Of a stretch of DNA of 64,000 nt, positions 38,964-50,359 are shown in pieces (the stretch's first letter is position 1; each line of letters begins with the position of its first letter). Below the pieces are notes generated by a model, which was not told where the DNA came from, searched no databases, and saw only the letters and a list, made by a program, of their open reading frames with translations. This stretch comes from Fimicolochytrium jonesii (lineage: Eukaryota): positions 248,001-312,000 of the forward strand of contig NW_026515692.1 of NCBI RefSeq assembly GCF_025526975.1. The letters are read 5' to 3'. The position numbers and the translations under genes are program-made.

Positions 38964-39492
38964 TGTTGATTATGTTCGGGGGTGGAATGGGAACGGGAAT
39001 TGAGGACGAGTTGAGGCCCCTGCCATGTAACAGTCAGGGGACAAAAAGCTGCGTCTCCTCCTGATTGAAGTCGATGACCGTTCCACACGCGCTGGCGCGC
39101 GCCTCGCGACACTGACTTAGTCTCGAGGAGAAACAGCTTTTTGTACGTGCGCTCAACGGTATCAAAAGTGTCAAAAAAGAGTTCTGGTGTATGTTACAGT
39201 TTGATTGTGGCTCAGATTGTGGCTAACAAGGATGATGATTCGCGTATTCGCCCAGTTTCACAAGATGGCCACTCGGCATAATGTGTATTGAGAAAACGTT
39301 CTGTGTGATTAGCGTTACGTCCGCTCATTAATGCAATGCTGGGGATAAATACTAAGCGAACTGGGGAGATGGAGATACAAGGAGGGGAGGGAATAGTATG
39401 TCCAGGATGGAAATGTCCGAATGCGAGGGGTAAATAAATACACGCCGGGCAAATAGCAGATTGGATGCTCTTCTCAAAAGAAGTGAGAGCAT

Positions 39493-41583
39493 TTAAAGAG
39501 TAGCAGCACTAAAGTCCTCATGCAACTGCCCCTTCACATCCCCCTCCCCCAACGTCGCAGGCCGTCTCACAACCTTCACCGGCCGCCCAAGCACCTTCCT
39601 AAGCCCCACCTCAGCCGCCGCCGCCAAAAACAACCCAACCACACTCGCCACAACCGCAACCACAAACGCCACCCAATCATACACCTCCCAAAAGTTGCGT
39701 CTGATCCCTGCGCCAAAATCACCGTCGGATACGATCGCGCCCTGGGTTGCGATGGAGAGCAGGGAGAACAGGCAGGCAAAGAGGACCTGGCGGCCGTGGA
39801 TGTACGGTTCCAGCCGGCGCACGAGACCCAGGAGCATCGGGAGCACCGCAGAGGCCGTGACCATGTTGGTGATGAGGTACAACGAATTGATGTTGTAACC
39901 CTGCAATGCGACGATAACGATGGGGACGTTGATGACGACGACCAGGAGGCGGGCGGCGGTGAGCGGGAAATGGTCGTAGCCGAATCTCTTGTGGGTGTGC
40001 GTCGTGGAGGCGAGGGCGACGACGGTGTCGGTGAGTGCGCCCTGGAAGGCGTCGACGGCGGATTCGTTCATTACCGCGGCGAGGATGACGACCAGGACGA
40101 TGATCCAGACGTCTGTGGATGTGTTGCCCTTTGTGAGGAGGTAGAAGAAGGCGAGGTTGGGGTCGCAGTTGGTGCAGGTGTTTATATCCTCCGGGGCGGC
40201 GTTGTAGTAGCCGAGCCATTCGGCGAGGACGCCGCCAAAGCCGAAGAAGAAGGCGACGAAGGTGGCGATGAGGGCGCCGACTGTTGCGCCGCGGCGAAGG
40301 GAGCGAGTGTCGACGGAGGCCCAGACGCGTTGCCAGACGGCGTCGGAAAAGAAGGTGGCCGCGGTCATGGAGACGCCCATGGTGACGATGGAGGTCCAGC
40401 CTGCCTCGTTGGGGGCGAGGTCGTCCGTCATGGGTGGGGAAGGGTTGGGCATGTGGACTGTTGCGGCCATGTAGATTGCGGTGATGACTACGAGGAGGAG
40501 AGTAAACATGCCTTGGTACTGGTCAGTGATGACGGAGACGTAGAGACCACCGACTGCGGTGTAAGTCATGGTCACTGCGCCGACGATGAGGATAGGGATC
40601 AGTTTGTTGACGCCGACGATGCTGGAGAAGAGAGAGCCGATGGCGGTGTATTCGGCCGTCAGGTCTGTGGAGGCGGAAAAGTCAACCGCCGAACATTCTT
40701 CACTGAACGAATTTGCGGCACTCACTGATGCCCATGTTCAACAAAACGATCAACGTCATGTAGATCTGGACGACAACTCCGTAACGGAAGCGCGCGAAAT
40801 CACCCCACGACATGATGTGTGGGTACTTGTTCCTGATGGCGTCTCCCACATATGCAATCACAATCAATGGCAAGCCCGTGAAAAAGGCGTACCACATCAT
40901 GCCGATGTAGCCATAGCCAGTAACCGCGTACGCTGGCAGTGAGAATACGACCCTGTTTTGCGACGAAAGAGTGGGATAGTAAGTTCGAGATCCCATCGGT
41001 CGACGTTGAAAGTTGAACGATACCCTGATGCGTGTGCTAAGCTCGCTTCGCTCACAAAGATCTGACGCTCGCGGGCGCTCGCTAAGTACCGTGGCCAGGG
41101 GTATTGCGCCTTTGGCGCACGGAACTCGCTCCGCTCGTGCACGCTGTTGCTCGCAAAGGCGTTTGCGATGGTGGCGCTCGCTCCCGCTCGCGCTCCCACG
41201 CAAACCAGAAGGCGTTCGATCTGGGAGACCGCCTCGTTGCACCACAACAACGATCGCTCGCTTCGCTCGCGGCTCGCATGGCTTGCGCCTCAAGCATTCC
41301 TGCGCCTAGGGCCCATTTGGGGCCCGCTGGCGCTCGCCTTCTCATCGCTATCGCTCGGACGCTCCGACTCCAACACCCACCAAGAACCCGTGGCCCCCGC
41401 AAAGAAACTCCAAGCGATTTGAAAAGTGGGAATGCTCCTTTTCGCCGTCAAAAAGAACTCTGTCGAGTCCTGTCTATCCTCCTGGAACCTCTGTTTCCTC
41501 CTCGCAATAACGAGGGCGAGTATCCCAAATAGGAGGACTGCTATTATGGAGAGGGGCAGGGCGAGCTCTTTGACTGTGGCCAT
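39493..41583 (-). CDS. Sodium:solute symporter family transporter (Dur3/Dur31-like urea or polyamine transporter)
   Basis: EFFLTAKRS..IAWSFFAGATGSW|VVFSLP, YTAVGGLYVSVITDQYQG, WQRVWAS, many TM helices. Intron 1 is 40953-41380. Confidence 0.88.
41019..41299 (-). other. Conserved structured intronic element, copy 3 (SSS transporter intron 1)
   Basis: Sense strand reads GAATGCTTGAGGCG, GCGAGCGAAGCGAGC, CGAGCGGAGCGAG, TGCGCC-AAA-GGCGCA, CCACGG, AGATCTTT, GAGCGAAGCGAGC, CAGGGTATCGTT. Colinear with the FSH copy. Confidence 0.8.
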
Positions 41584-41704
41584 TGTTGCGGGTGTTGTTG
41601 TACAGTACGGCGGTTGCTGAAAGTCGTCGGAAAGTGAATGAGCTTTCACTGCCGAAAAGGGCCGTCGGAGGTGGAAAAACAAGGGCTTTTTTTCGCGCAA
41701 GACA

Positions 41705-41775
41705 ACCCTAACCCTAACCCTAACCCTAACCCCTTTGCCTTCGGTGAGTCTCCTACTCTAACCAACCCTAACCCA
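41705..41775 (+). repeat. Interstitial telomere-type repeat (CCCTAA)~4 plus one extra unit
   Basis: accctaaccctaaccctaaccctaaccc, ~120 bp upstream of the SSS transporter ATG. Confidence 0.9.
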
Positions 41776-42141
41776 AGTCACTCACATTTAGCACGAGTTT
41801 ACCCACTTCTAGCCATCCCCAAGGAGCGCACGGTGATGACCCACTCCGAACCCCGCGCAAACTCAACAACAACGGGCTCCAAGACTGTTTGCTTTCCACA
41901 CATGGGTCGTTGCTCTTATTTGGCCCAAAAACTGTGTTCCCCTATGCTACTGTCCAAAATATACAGTATAAGGATCTCGCTGGCGACGGCGATGTGAGGT
42001 CAGCACTGTTAGGGGACTTCCACGCAGCGTTTTGGATGCCGGCGAGATCAGAAGGCGTCGTTCTAAACTGGCTACACCCGGGGTCGTTTTAGCATTTTCC
42101 TACATTTATGGGTTTCTCGAATGGACTCCGTTCGGAGGTTC

Positions 42142-42204
42142 CTAAGCAACCTCCTCCTCGTCTATACTACACCCTAGAGGACTACGTTGCTCGTCCAGAG
42201 CAGA
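42142..42204 (+). repeat. ~62-bp dispersed repeat, copy A
   Basis: ctaagcaacctcctcctcgtc...ctagaggactacgttgctcgtccagagcaga, near-identical to 49660-49719 (reverse) and 50050-50113. Confidence 0.9.
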
Positions 42205-42469
42205 ATTGCTGACTGACTCCTGAAGATGAGACTCGTGGTGAGACTCCTGCCTGCCAGTCCGCCTCTTTGTTAAAACTGACAGCGACCGTCAATTGCCGTT
42301 GTGACGCCGTGTGACGTCTCGCCTGCGTCCAACCTTAAAAACACCTCGAAAAGTCACTCAAGCAAGAGTGGGGTGAGAGGACTCGGTGGAGTGATACCCT
42401 ATATCCAACAGAGTTACTGTATCCCATCTGAGGGGCTTGCAAGAGACTTCCCGTCCAACAGCGGACGCA

Positions 42470-45400
42470 ATGTCCTCCCTCACGGCGCTTCTTACGCGGC
42501 CTCCAAGCGTCCCTCTAACACACAGGAAAGCAATGCAGAATGCCAAGGTTCTCACCTCCCTCATCCTCCTAGCCGTCCTCATTACATCGCTCTCGCTAGC
42601 CTGGTTTGGTCCTAAAGGTTCAAATGGCGGCCGCTTCCTCAGTCGACGAGCATACCATCTGGAGTCACAGGTAGCGTGCTTGGGCTGTATGAAGGAAGGA
42701 TGGTGTTCCAAGCTAACACTCGCCCGAACCAGACGGAATGCAAGCACATCGGAAGCATTCCCGACAACCAGTGTGCCTTCGCTGAGGCCAACTGCACTCC
42801 ATCCGATGGAGTGTTCAATTACTTCATTATGTACTATTGCCGGCTGGGTGAACATAGGGTTTTGGGGATTATTATCTTGGTATATGGCTGTTTTGCTGAT
42901 TTGGCCGGCGGTGGTCTCTATGAACTAATGATGGCATTAAATCTAGTTTTCGGCTATGATTTACGCATTTTTGATGCTAGGGATGGCTGCGGGAGACTTT
43001 CTATGTACGTTTCGATTTGTATCGGGGATCGATGGGAGTTGGCACATCTGAGTACGCCGGGAGGCATCAGAAGGCTGACAGGCGCATACACAGGTCCCAA
43101 TCTGGCAAACATCTCCCAGTGGCTGCAAATGTCTGAATCCGTCGCCGGCGTCACACTCGCAGCACTCGGTACGTCTCGTCAGATGTTTCAATACCGCCCA
43201 CGCACCCCTAACAATCCCACCGTCAAACCATAGGAAATGGATCCCCCGACCTAGTCTCTACCTTCTCCGCCATGACATCCGGTAAAGAGGGCGTAGCCAT
43301 CGGCGAACTTCTAGGAGCTGCCATGTTCGTCACTTTCGTCGTTGTGGGGTCGATTGCGATCGTTCACCCGTTCAAGCTGCCACGGTGCGTTTTGTGTGTG
43401 TGTCATGTTATCAAGTGGCAGGCTTCTCACGAGTTCAATCAACATCACGACAGCATAGGCGGCCATTTCTTCGGGTGGGTTGCGTGAGGAGATATGCATC
43501 CGCTCCGATTGAACTCGTAGTCTAACACCCCTTTGCAGGACTTGATAGCGTTCATCGGTGCATTGATTCTCGTTCTAGTAATATGCTCTGATAAGAAGAT
43601 CACCCTTCTGGAAGGATGCTACCTGATCGCGTACTACTTCATCTACGTGACGGTGGTGGTGGCTGGCGCGTACCTGTATCGACGGCATAAAGCGCGGAGG
43701 ACGGATAGTGCCACTGTCGCTGTGGACGATGAGGACGTGGACGATGGTATAAGCATGCTATTGGAGGATAGACGACGACATTTCGCTGACCGTCGTGATC
43801 CCTCTTCCTCTAGATGTAGCCTCAGTCTACTCCTCCATATCCCACCACTCCCACCGGCCCTTCTTTGAAACCGACCCCCTCCTCGGCGACTCCACCCCGG
43901 TGGAATCCCCCTTCCCCCGCGACGAACCGTTCGACACCGACTTCTTCCTCCCCCACTTCAAGCCCCCAAAATTGCCCCTCAGTTTCCACAACAAATCCCT
44001 CCCCGTCCGCTTCAGCAGATCCCTCACCTCCTCACCCCCAACCAGTTTCGGAGGCCGGGAACATAGAGCGGATACACGACCGATATTGTTGCGACGAAGC
44101 ACTGACATCTCGCCAAACCGCGGCCGCGCAATTGCAGCGAGCTTGGAGTCGAGTAGCCCGTTTACGCGGTATAACCACCACCAGCGTATACCCCCACACG
44201 TCGCATCCATGCCGGAAGCACGACCCAAACGGCCGATTTCATCCACACCCACCCCCGAATCGCCCACGTACACCGATCGCCTCACCGACAGCCCCGCAGT
44301 TTCGGAAACAGGGTCAGAAGAGGGCGATTTTGTATGGACGCCGCCGACGAGTAAATGGCGCGCGTTGCTCGAAACGCTCTTCCCCGTGATTCCGCAGTGG
44401 GGAAGTCTTTCAATACTGGACCGCGTGCAATCGGTCATTTTATCCCCCGTCTTCTTCGCGTTCTCGGCAACCGTGCCGGCCGTGCATGCCGAGGAGATGG
44501 AACTCTATCTCCGACGACAGAAGAAGGAGGAGGCGGGGAGGGGGGCGGATAGTTTGGATGAGATTGTGGTCGAGGAGGCTGGAGATGCGAAAGATGGCGA
44601 GAGGGAGGAGGGAGATGGGGTGCCGGCGTTTAGGGAGCTGAATAGGGAGTTGACGATCGCGCAGGTCGGGCTTGCGCCGATGTTTGTTGTTGTTGCTTCT
44701 GGATGTAAGTGTGTCGTTTTCTCTCGGTCATTTTTCACACAACACCACACCAAAACGATGAATTCATTCCATTCTCACACAGCCGCCACATCGTCGATAT
44801 CGCATACTACCATCCCCATTTGGACACTCTGCATCCCCCTCGGCCTCATCGCTGCGCTCGCGCTGCATTTCGGAACACGGCACACAAACGTGCTCGCTTA
44901 TGGACGCATGCTTGCCATTGTCGGGTTTTGTGTCTCTGTTGTTTGGGTCTATGGTATGCTTTGAGGGTAGTCGTTTGTTTAATGTGTGAGAAGGGGGATG
45001 GGAGGCTGATGTTAGTCGCGATGCAGTGATTGCGAGCGAAGCGGTGGTGATCCTTAGCACCATGGCGACTGTGCTGAAGATCAGTGAGACTATCATGGTA
45101 AGCCTACGATATGCAAGTGCTGGAATCACTGGCAGCGGCACTGAGTAACGGTTTCTCCTTTCGTTCGCCAGGGAATGACGTTGTTTGCAATCGGGAACAG
45201 TGTTGGAGGTAACGTAAAACAGTCACTTTTTACCTTTCCTCGTGTAACTAAAATTGACCCCCCACGCTTTACGGCACATAGACCTGATAACAAACCTAAG
45301 CATCGCACGCATGGGCTACCCCGCCATGGCCGTCGGCGCGTGTTTCGGGAGTCCTATGCTAAGTACGTCCCCCACCACGCTCTACCAATCACCTGCAACG

Positions 45401-45763
45401 TTAGCCTAATCACCCACCCCCACCCACCGTTCAGACCTTGTCCTAGGCATAGGCGTCACCTCAACCTACATAACCGCAAAAGAAGGCGTCGCGTACGAAC
45501 TCACCCAGTCTTTGGTGCCTATCTACGCTTGTGGAGGTGCGTTCCCCACATCCCCTATCCATTTCAAAGCCCCCACTTTTCTCCTCTAAACCGGCGCTTC
45601 TTACGGTCCAATAGGCGCCCTGATGCTCGGATTGTGCATCTCCCTCCTGTACATCTCCACCAACGATTTCGCGGCGAGCCGCACGTTCGGGATGGGGTGT
45701 ATTGCGATGTATGCGGTGTTCATGGTGGGGATTTTGGTGGTTTCTAGTTTGGATGCTTTGTAG
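42470..45763 (+). CDS. Ca2+/cation exchanger (CaCA; NCLX/CCX-like); multi-exon
   Basis: Alpha-1 repeat SESVAGVTLAAL|GNGSPDL, AIGELLGAAMFV; alpha-2 repeat GMTLFAIGNSVG|DLITNL..AVGACFGSPML. Confidence 0.92.
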
Positions 45764-46282
45764 TTTGTGTAGGTTTTTTTCTTTTTTTTTTCGTGGTAGG
45801 GTTTGTTGTGGTAGGAAGTTTTGGTGGCTGATGCGAGATGGAAGTGGCGGGGGCTGATACCCTTTTTTTGCATGGAAATGGTGGATGTCTACGAAACACG
45901 GAGAGTGGACCGGAATGATACATTTGGAAAGGAATGTGGGAGTGTTGTTTTGCACATGCTATGAATTTTGTGTATCTCGGTTAACACTATACAGCTACAC
46001 AAGGAAAGGGGGAACATTTGAAGAGGGGCCAGAGGCAAATTGAACTCCAGCTAGTCAGGTGTCCCCTGTCTTCCTTCGGTCCTCCCACTACGTACTGTAT
46101 GGTAAATACACCGAGTATTTACATAGATGCATCAGCGCCCATTCTCTTAACCCATTCCTCATACAGCAGCTCCTAGTCTCCCCAAAAACGTAACTTTCCC
46201 CCAGCCGTCCCACGCTTCCATTTTCCCGTTTGATCTTGATCCTTCCCACCCTATCTACAACCCCGCTCATCACGTACTACTT

Positions 46283-47262
46283 CTACGACTCCCCGCTCCG
46301 TATCCTCCGCCTCTTGCGCCTCCACCCGCTCTCATAGTTCGCTGGAAGTGTCTGATCCGGAGCCTGGTCCCGCAGCTTTTGTTGTTGTTCAGCGGGAAGG
46401 GTGATCGTTACACTCTTCGGTGCTTTTGCGTTTGTTACACATTGTTGCGGTTGTGGAAAATGAAGGTTATGCGCACTCTTCCTTCTCCCTGCAGCATCTG
46501 ACAAGAAACGTGTCAGATTCATCTCAACCTGTCTTGACTCTGCGGCTGCTCGGGCGCGGAGCTGCGATGGGTCTTTGCTTTCCACCGTAAGCTACAACGA
46601 GGGTGAAAGAGAATACTATTGTGAGATCAAGAGGGACAAGGAAGAGGGGCGTCGGTAAGACTGACCTCATTGTGAATGTAGGTGTGGGGGTTGGGAAATG
46701 GTGGCAGGTGTTGTGGATGCGCAGCAGTAGTAGCAGATGCGACCGTTCCAATGTAGGTGAAGTTGTCCAATTCGTACGAGATGGGAATCAATTCGGTGGG
46801 TTCGCTACGGGGCGGCGTGGGGATGCGGATATCTTTGTGGGGAGGGAGTCAGAGATGACGGTAAAGTCAGGCGTTTGTTTCAGCGGACACATCCTGCACA
46901 CACAAGCGTACCAGATTGCCTGCCCCTGCTTTCGCAGTACACGAGATACTCATCGAGGTCGGGCAGCGAGACGCCCATGTCGGCCATCCCCAGGAGCACA
47001 TCGTTCAACGTCGGTCTAGTACGTAAGCCAAATTCGGTGTAGGCTTTTGTGCGACTGAACAGGTCATGCATGTCTGTGTGGGGATGGATTGCATGAGTGT
47101 GTGGTAGACACATCTCGCTCCTTATTGCATCGTCTCACACTCACACAGAGTATAAGTCTCCACCAACAAATCAAACGCCTCTTTCTCTGCCCCACCAAAC
47201 CCTGACACCCTCAGCACCTGCGCAACCGCCTTCGCACAAACAGCCGTCTCCATATTTCCCAT
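46283..47262 (-). CDS. TAF8: TFIID subunit TAF8 (bromodomain-associated histone fold plus TAF8_C)
   Basis: AKAVAQVLRVSGF, RTRPTLNDVLLGMADMGV, HPQHLPPFPNPHTYIH, AAESRQVEMNLTRF. Confidence 0.82.
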
Positions 47263-47277
47263 CCCTCCAGGAATGAT

Positions 47278-47777
47278 TCACTCCGTCAGCCGATAAGTCT
47301 TTGTCCTTGTCGCCTCCTCTACCTCTCCCTTTAAAGCCGTGAGCGGCTGAACCACCTCCTTTGTGAAGGTATCCAGCGACTGTGTCGCGCGCTCACGAAG
47401 GCGGGTCAGTTCCGCTAATAGCTCTGTGTGCTCGCGTTTGAGCTCGTTAATGAGGTTGTGGTCGGTGGTGGCGGGGAGAGCGGCGTGGGATTGGAGGGCG
47501 GCATGCAAGCCAGCGGTTTGGGATTCCGTCAACTGGATCAGTTCTGAGAGGTATTGTTGGTGTATTTCGGCGTTGCGGGAGTCGCGAGTGATGGCACCAA
47601 GCTGTTGTTTTGTTGTTGGCGGCTATGTAAGGGAGGGTGGGAATTAGTGATCTTGTGGTTTTGGTTTTTTCTCAACCTCAGGAAACTCACCTTTGGGGTT
47701 GGCCTGGCTGTACTCGGTGTTGCTGTTGCGGTGATGGTCGCTGGGTCGCCTGTTGCCAAGGAGGCCTGCGCAGACAT
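47278..47777 (-). CDS. Small coiled-coil protein of unknown function; 1 intron
   Basis: MSAQAS...PTPK|...EIHQQYLSELIQLTESQ...LKREHTELLAELTRLRE, with a GT-AG intron at ~47624-47690. Confidence 0.6.
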
Positions 47778-48026
47778 TCGCAGGAGCGTACGTAGGTCTA
47801 TGGCTACTGTACAAGGTGCGTGTACAGCATACTTGGGGTGGGGTGCCAGATTCTATCTGATTTTGGGATTCATTATCGGTTCGCTCGATCTGGTCTCGCT
47901 CTGTTTAACGTTCGTGACCATGGGTCTAAATCCTGGACAACCTGAACTTTGACTTTTACGCTTCTACCAACTTTAGCTTAAATAGCGGTGATACAGTAAT
48001 ATTGGGAGGAGCAAAGCTAGCTACAA

Positions 48027-48965
48027 CTATTCATCCAGATATCTACTAAGACTGGCCTCCGTCCCAGTACTATTAGACGACGACGCCGATATTCTCGCTG
48101 GCGGGCCAAACATGCCCGCATCGAATAGCTGCCGTAATAAAATATCCCCTGAATTACGCCGTGGGGTTTTCGTATGTCCTCTTTTCGGTTTGGTCTGTGG
48201 TGGCTGGGCGGTCACCGGCTTGTGGTGCCGCATGTTCGGTTGGATGGTGGGGTGTATGAGAGACCGCCTGCTAGGCTGTATGCTAGAGCTCCGTTCATTG
48301 TACACCCGAGGGCCTACAGGAACGATGCTTGCTCGCGGAGGTAACAGGAAATCTGCCATTGGGAGATCGACCGACGACGCCCTTGGATCCTCATACGCTG
48401 ATGGCGGCGTCTTCAACGCCCAAGATGTAGGCAGGCTGATATCAATCGCCTCCGGTGTCGCAACAACAGTCGACTGCTTAGATCTCGCTGTCGCCGTTGA
48501 GCCGAAAAAAGCATCGGTGAGGCGCTCGATATCCTCCTGCGGATTAGGCCTCTGCACCACTGGTAGTTGATACGAGTCATGTACGGGTGAGCCGGGCGCC
48601 GGCCGGGGCAGCTTCGTTTTGTTCGGCGATACACCCGCCCGCGGCATCCACTGCCTGTTCCTATACCGCCAACACATAGCGGCCAATATCAACGCTATCG
48701 ATATCACCGCAAAGACGATCCCCACGACGGCTGAGGATGTGAACCCATCGTTCTCCTGCGCGGGCAAGATGGGTTCCATGAGTATGGGAACTGTGTGCTC
48801 GGCTCCGTCTCCATTGAAGCGGAGGTCGGGCGTTGTCATTGGTATTGGCGTTGGTGTAGGCGTGGGGAATTGCTTCTGGGGTATCGGTGTTGCTTTTGGG
48901 AGGATGAGTTTGAGCGTTACGGCCGGGGGGAGTCTGCTGGCTGCGCCGGCTGGGATTGCTGGCAT
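48027..48965 (-). CDS. Single-pass membrane protein with Pro/Ser-rich cytoplasmic tail
   Basis: TM helix AVVGIVFAVISIALILAAMCW followed by the basic stop-transfer RYRNR; 312-aa ORF. Confidence 0.65.
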   Translation of the reverse strand: MPAIPAGAASRLPPAVTLKLILPKATPIPQKQFPTPTPTPIPMTTPDLRFNGDGAEHTVPILMEPILPAQENDGFTSSAVVGIVFAVISIALILAAMCWRYRNRQWMPRAGVSPNKTKLPRPAPGSPVHDSYQLPVVQRPNPQEDIERLTDAFFGSTATARSKQSTVVATPEAIDISLPTSWALKTPPSAYEDPRASSVDLPMADFLLPPRASIVPVGPRVYNERSSSIQPSRRSLIHPTIQPNMRHHKPVTAQPPQTKPKRGHTKTPRRNSGDILLRQLFDAGMFGPPARISASSSNSTGTEASLSRYLDE

Positions 48966-49659
48966 CCTGCGGTCGGGCCGTCCCGTTTCCGGCCTATGCC
49001 GTCCACCACCCCTACTACGTCCACTGGCTACTTTGCACCGGTTTTTAACTTCTGTTGGTTGACGGCAGAATCATATGCGCGCGGTGTTGGATAGAGCTGG
49101 TCGCTGTAGAACAGGTCCTAGAAGGCGTTGTTGCTGACGGGAGGAACAATGAGTCCACGAGAAAGGATAGGTGCGTCGGAGCAGGTCAAAAGTCGTATCG
49201 CAGTCGTGGTCGAAACCTTTTCGCTGAAAGTCGAGGGCGCGGCAGGTGTAAACAGCACCCTTCTTAAGAAACGCTCGTCACTGTAAGGGTTGGAGGGTTG
49301 GCTCACGTTTTTCATGACCTATCGTGAGGGAACACTGGGGGTTCGATCATAAGGTTATGAATGATATGGGAGTCAACGGCGGTGGGAGTGTGAAGTCGAG
49401 CCAAGAGCCCGAGTCTTGCCTTTATCCCTCTTTTGACGGGTGTCCCGCACCGCATTTTGAGACGCGCGGGGGGGTTATGCGTTACGTCAGCTTCCCGCTT
49501 GAGTCAGAGTCGGGGCGTGGCTGTTTCGCGTGGATGGCAGGAATCAGCAATCAAGCCAGGTGGTCACGGCTGTTGCGCTGGGCAGTTTCGGGTTCGCCTT
49601 TCGCTTGACTACTGTCTCACAAGGAATACCCACTCGGTTGTGATAGAAGCCTTGCGGAA

Positions 49660-49719
49660 TCTGCTCTGGACGAGGAGCGTAGTCCTCTAGAGTATATGGA
49701 CGAGGAGGAGGTTGCTTAG
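49660..49719 (-). repeat. ~62-bp dispersed repeat, copy B (inverted)
   Basis: tctgctctggacgaggagcgtagtcctctagagtatatggacgaggaggaggttgcttag is the reverse complement of copies A and C. Confidence 0.9.
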
Positions 49720-50049
49720 TATCCCACCTCATTACCCACCGCACTAAGCACCTCCTCCCGACGCCGCATTCGCCGCGCTATTCGCATCGCTTCATTTATC
49801 AACATCTCGCCTTGCACGGCGCGATCAACAAATATCTTATGGGTTTACGGGTTTCCCTGGACATTAGGTCCTAAGTGCGCTCTGCGCTCCCGATAGCTAG
49901 TTCTTCTTCATCGAACCATCCCTCCTCCCATCGTAGCTTTCTGTCATAGCGCTCGATAGCTCAAAAGAGATAAAGGAAAGGAAAGGGAAGCTACGTAGGA
50001 TTATCTGTTATTTATACACTCGAGAAGAAAAATACTGTAGAGAAGCTTA

Positions 50050-50113
50050 CTAAGCGAGCAACCTCCTCCTCGTCCATACACTCTAGAGGACTGCGTTCCT
50101 CGTCCAGAGCAGA
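50050..50113 (+). repeat. ~62-bp dispersed repeat, copy C
   Basis: ctaagcgagcaacctcctcctcgtccatacactctagaggactgcgttcctcgtccagagcaga. Confidence 0.9.
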
Positions 50114-50359
50114 ATGGGCGTGATATGCCTAACTGCATGTGTTTCCGCAGTCGCGTCGCCGACCATCGAAAATGAAGGCGACCCCAACAAGCTTTGCTCT
50201 TTTCCCTTCGTTTTCCCTTCGTTTTCCCTTCGTTTTCCCTGTCCCCCCCCCCCCCTCCCCCCCCCCCCCCCCCCCCCGTGGACTTGCACTGAACACTGCC
50301 CCTCCAGCACGTCTCACCGTACATACAGTCCCACACATACCAACGCACTATCAACAACA

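Noticed and set aside
39520..40728. 402-aa plus-strand ORF
   Set aside because: Antisense shadow of the GC3-rich SSS transporter.
40953..41380. Group I/II intron, hammerhead or C/D snoRNA identity for the long introns
   Set aside because: The ends are GT-AG. I saw no domain V, P7 core, CUGANGA/GAAA or terminal C/D box pair.
50200..50278. (TTTTCCCTTCG)3 plus poly-C tract
   Set aside because: Simple low-complexity 5' sequence, and homopolymer length is unreliable.
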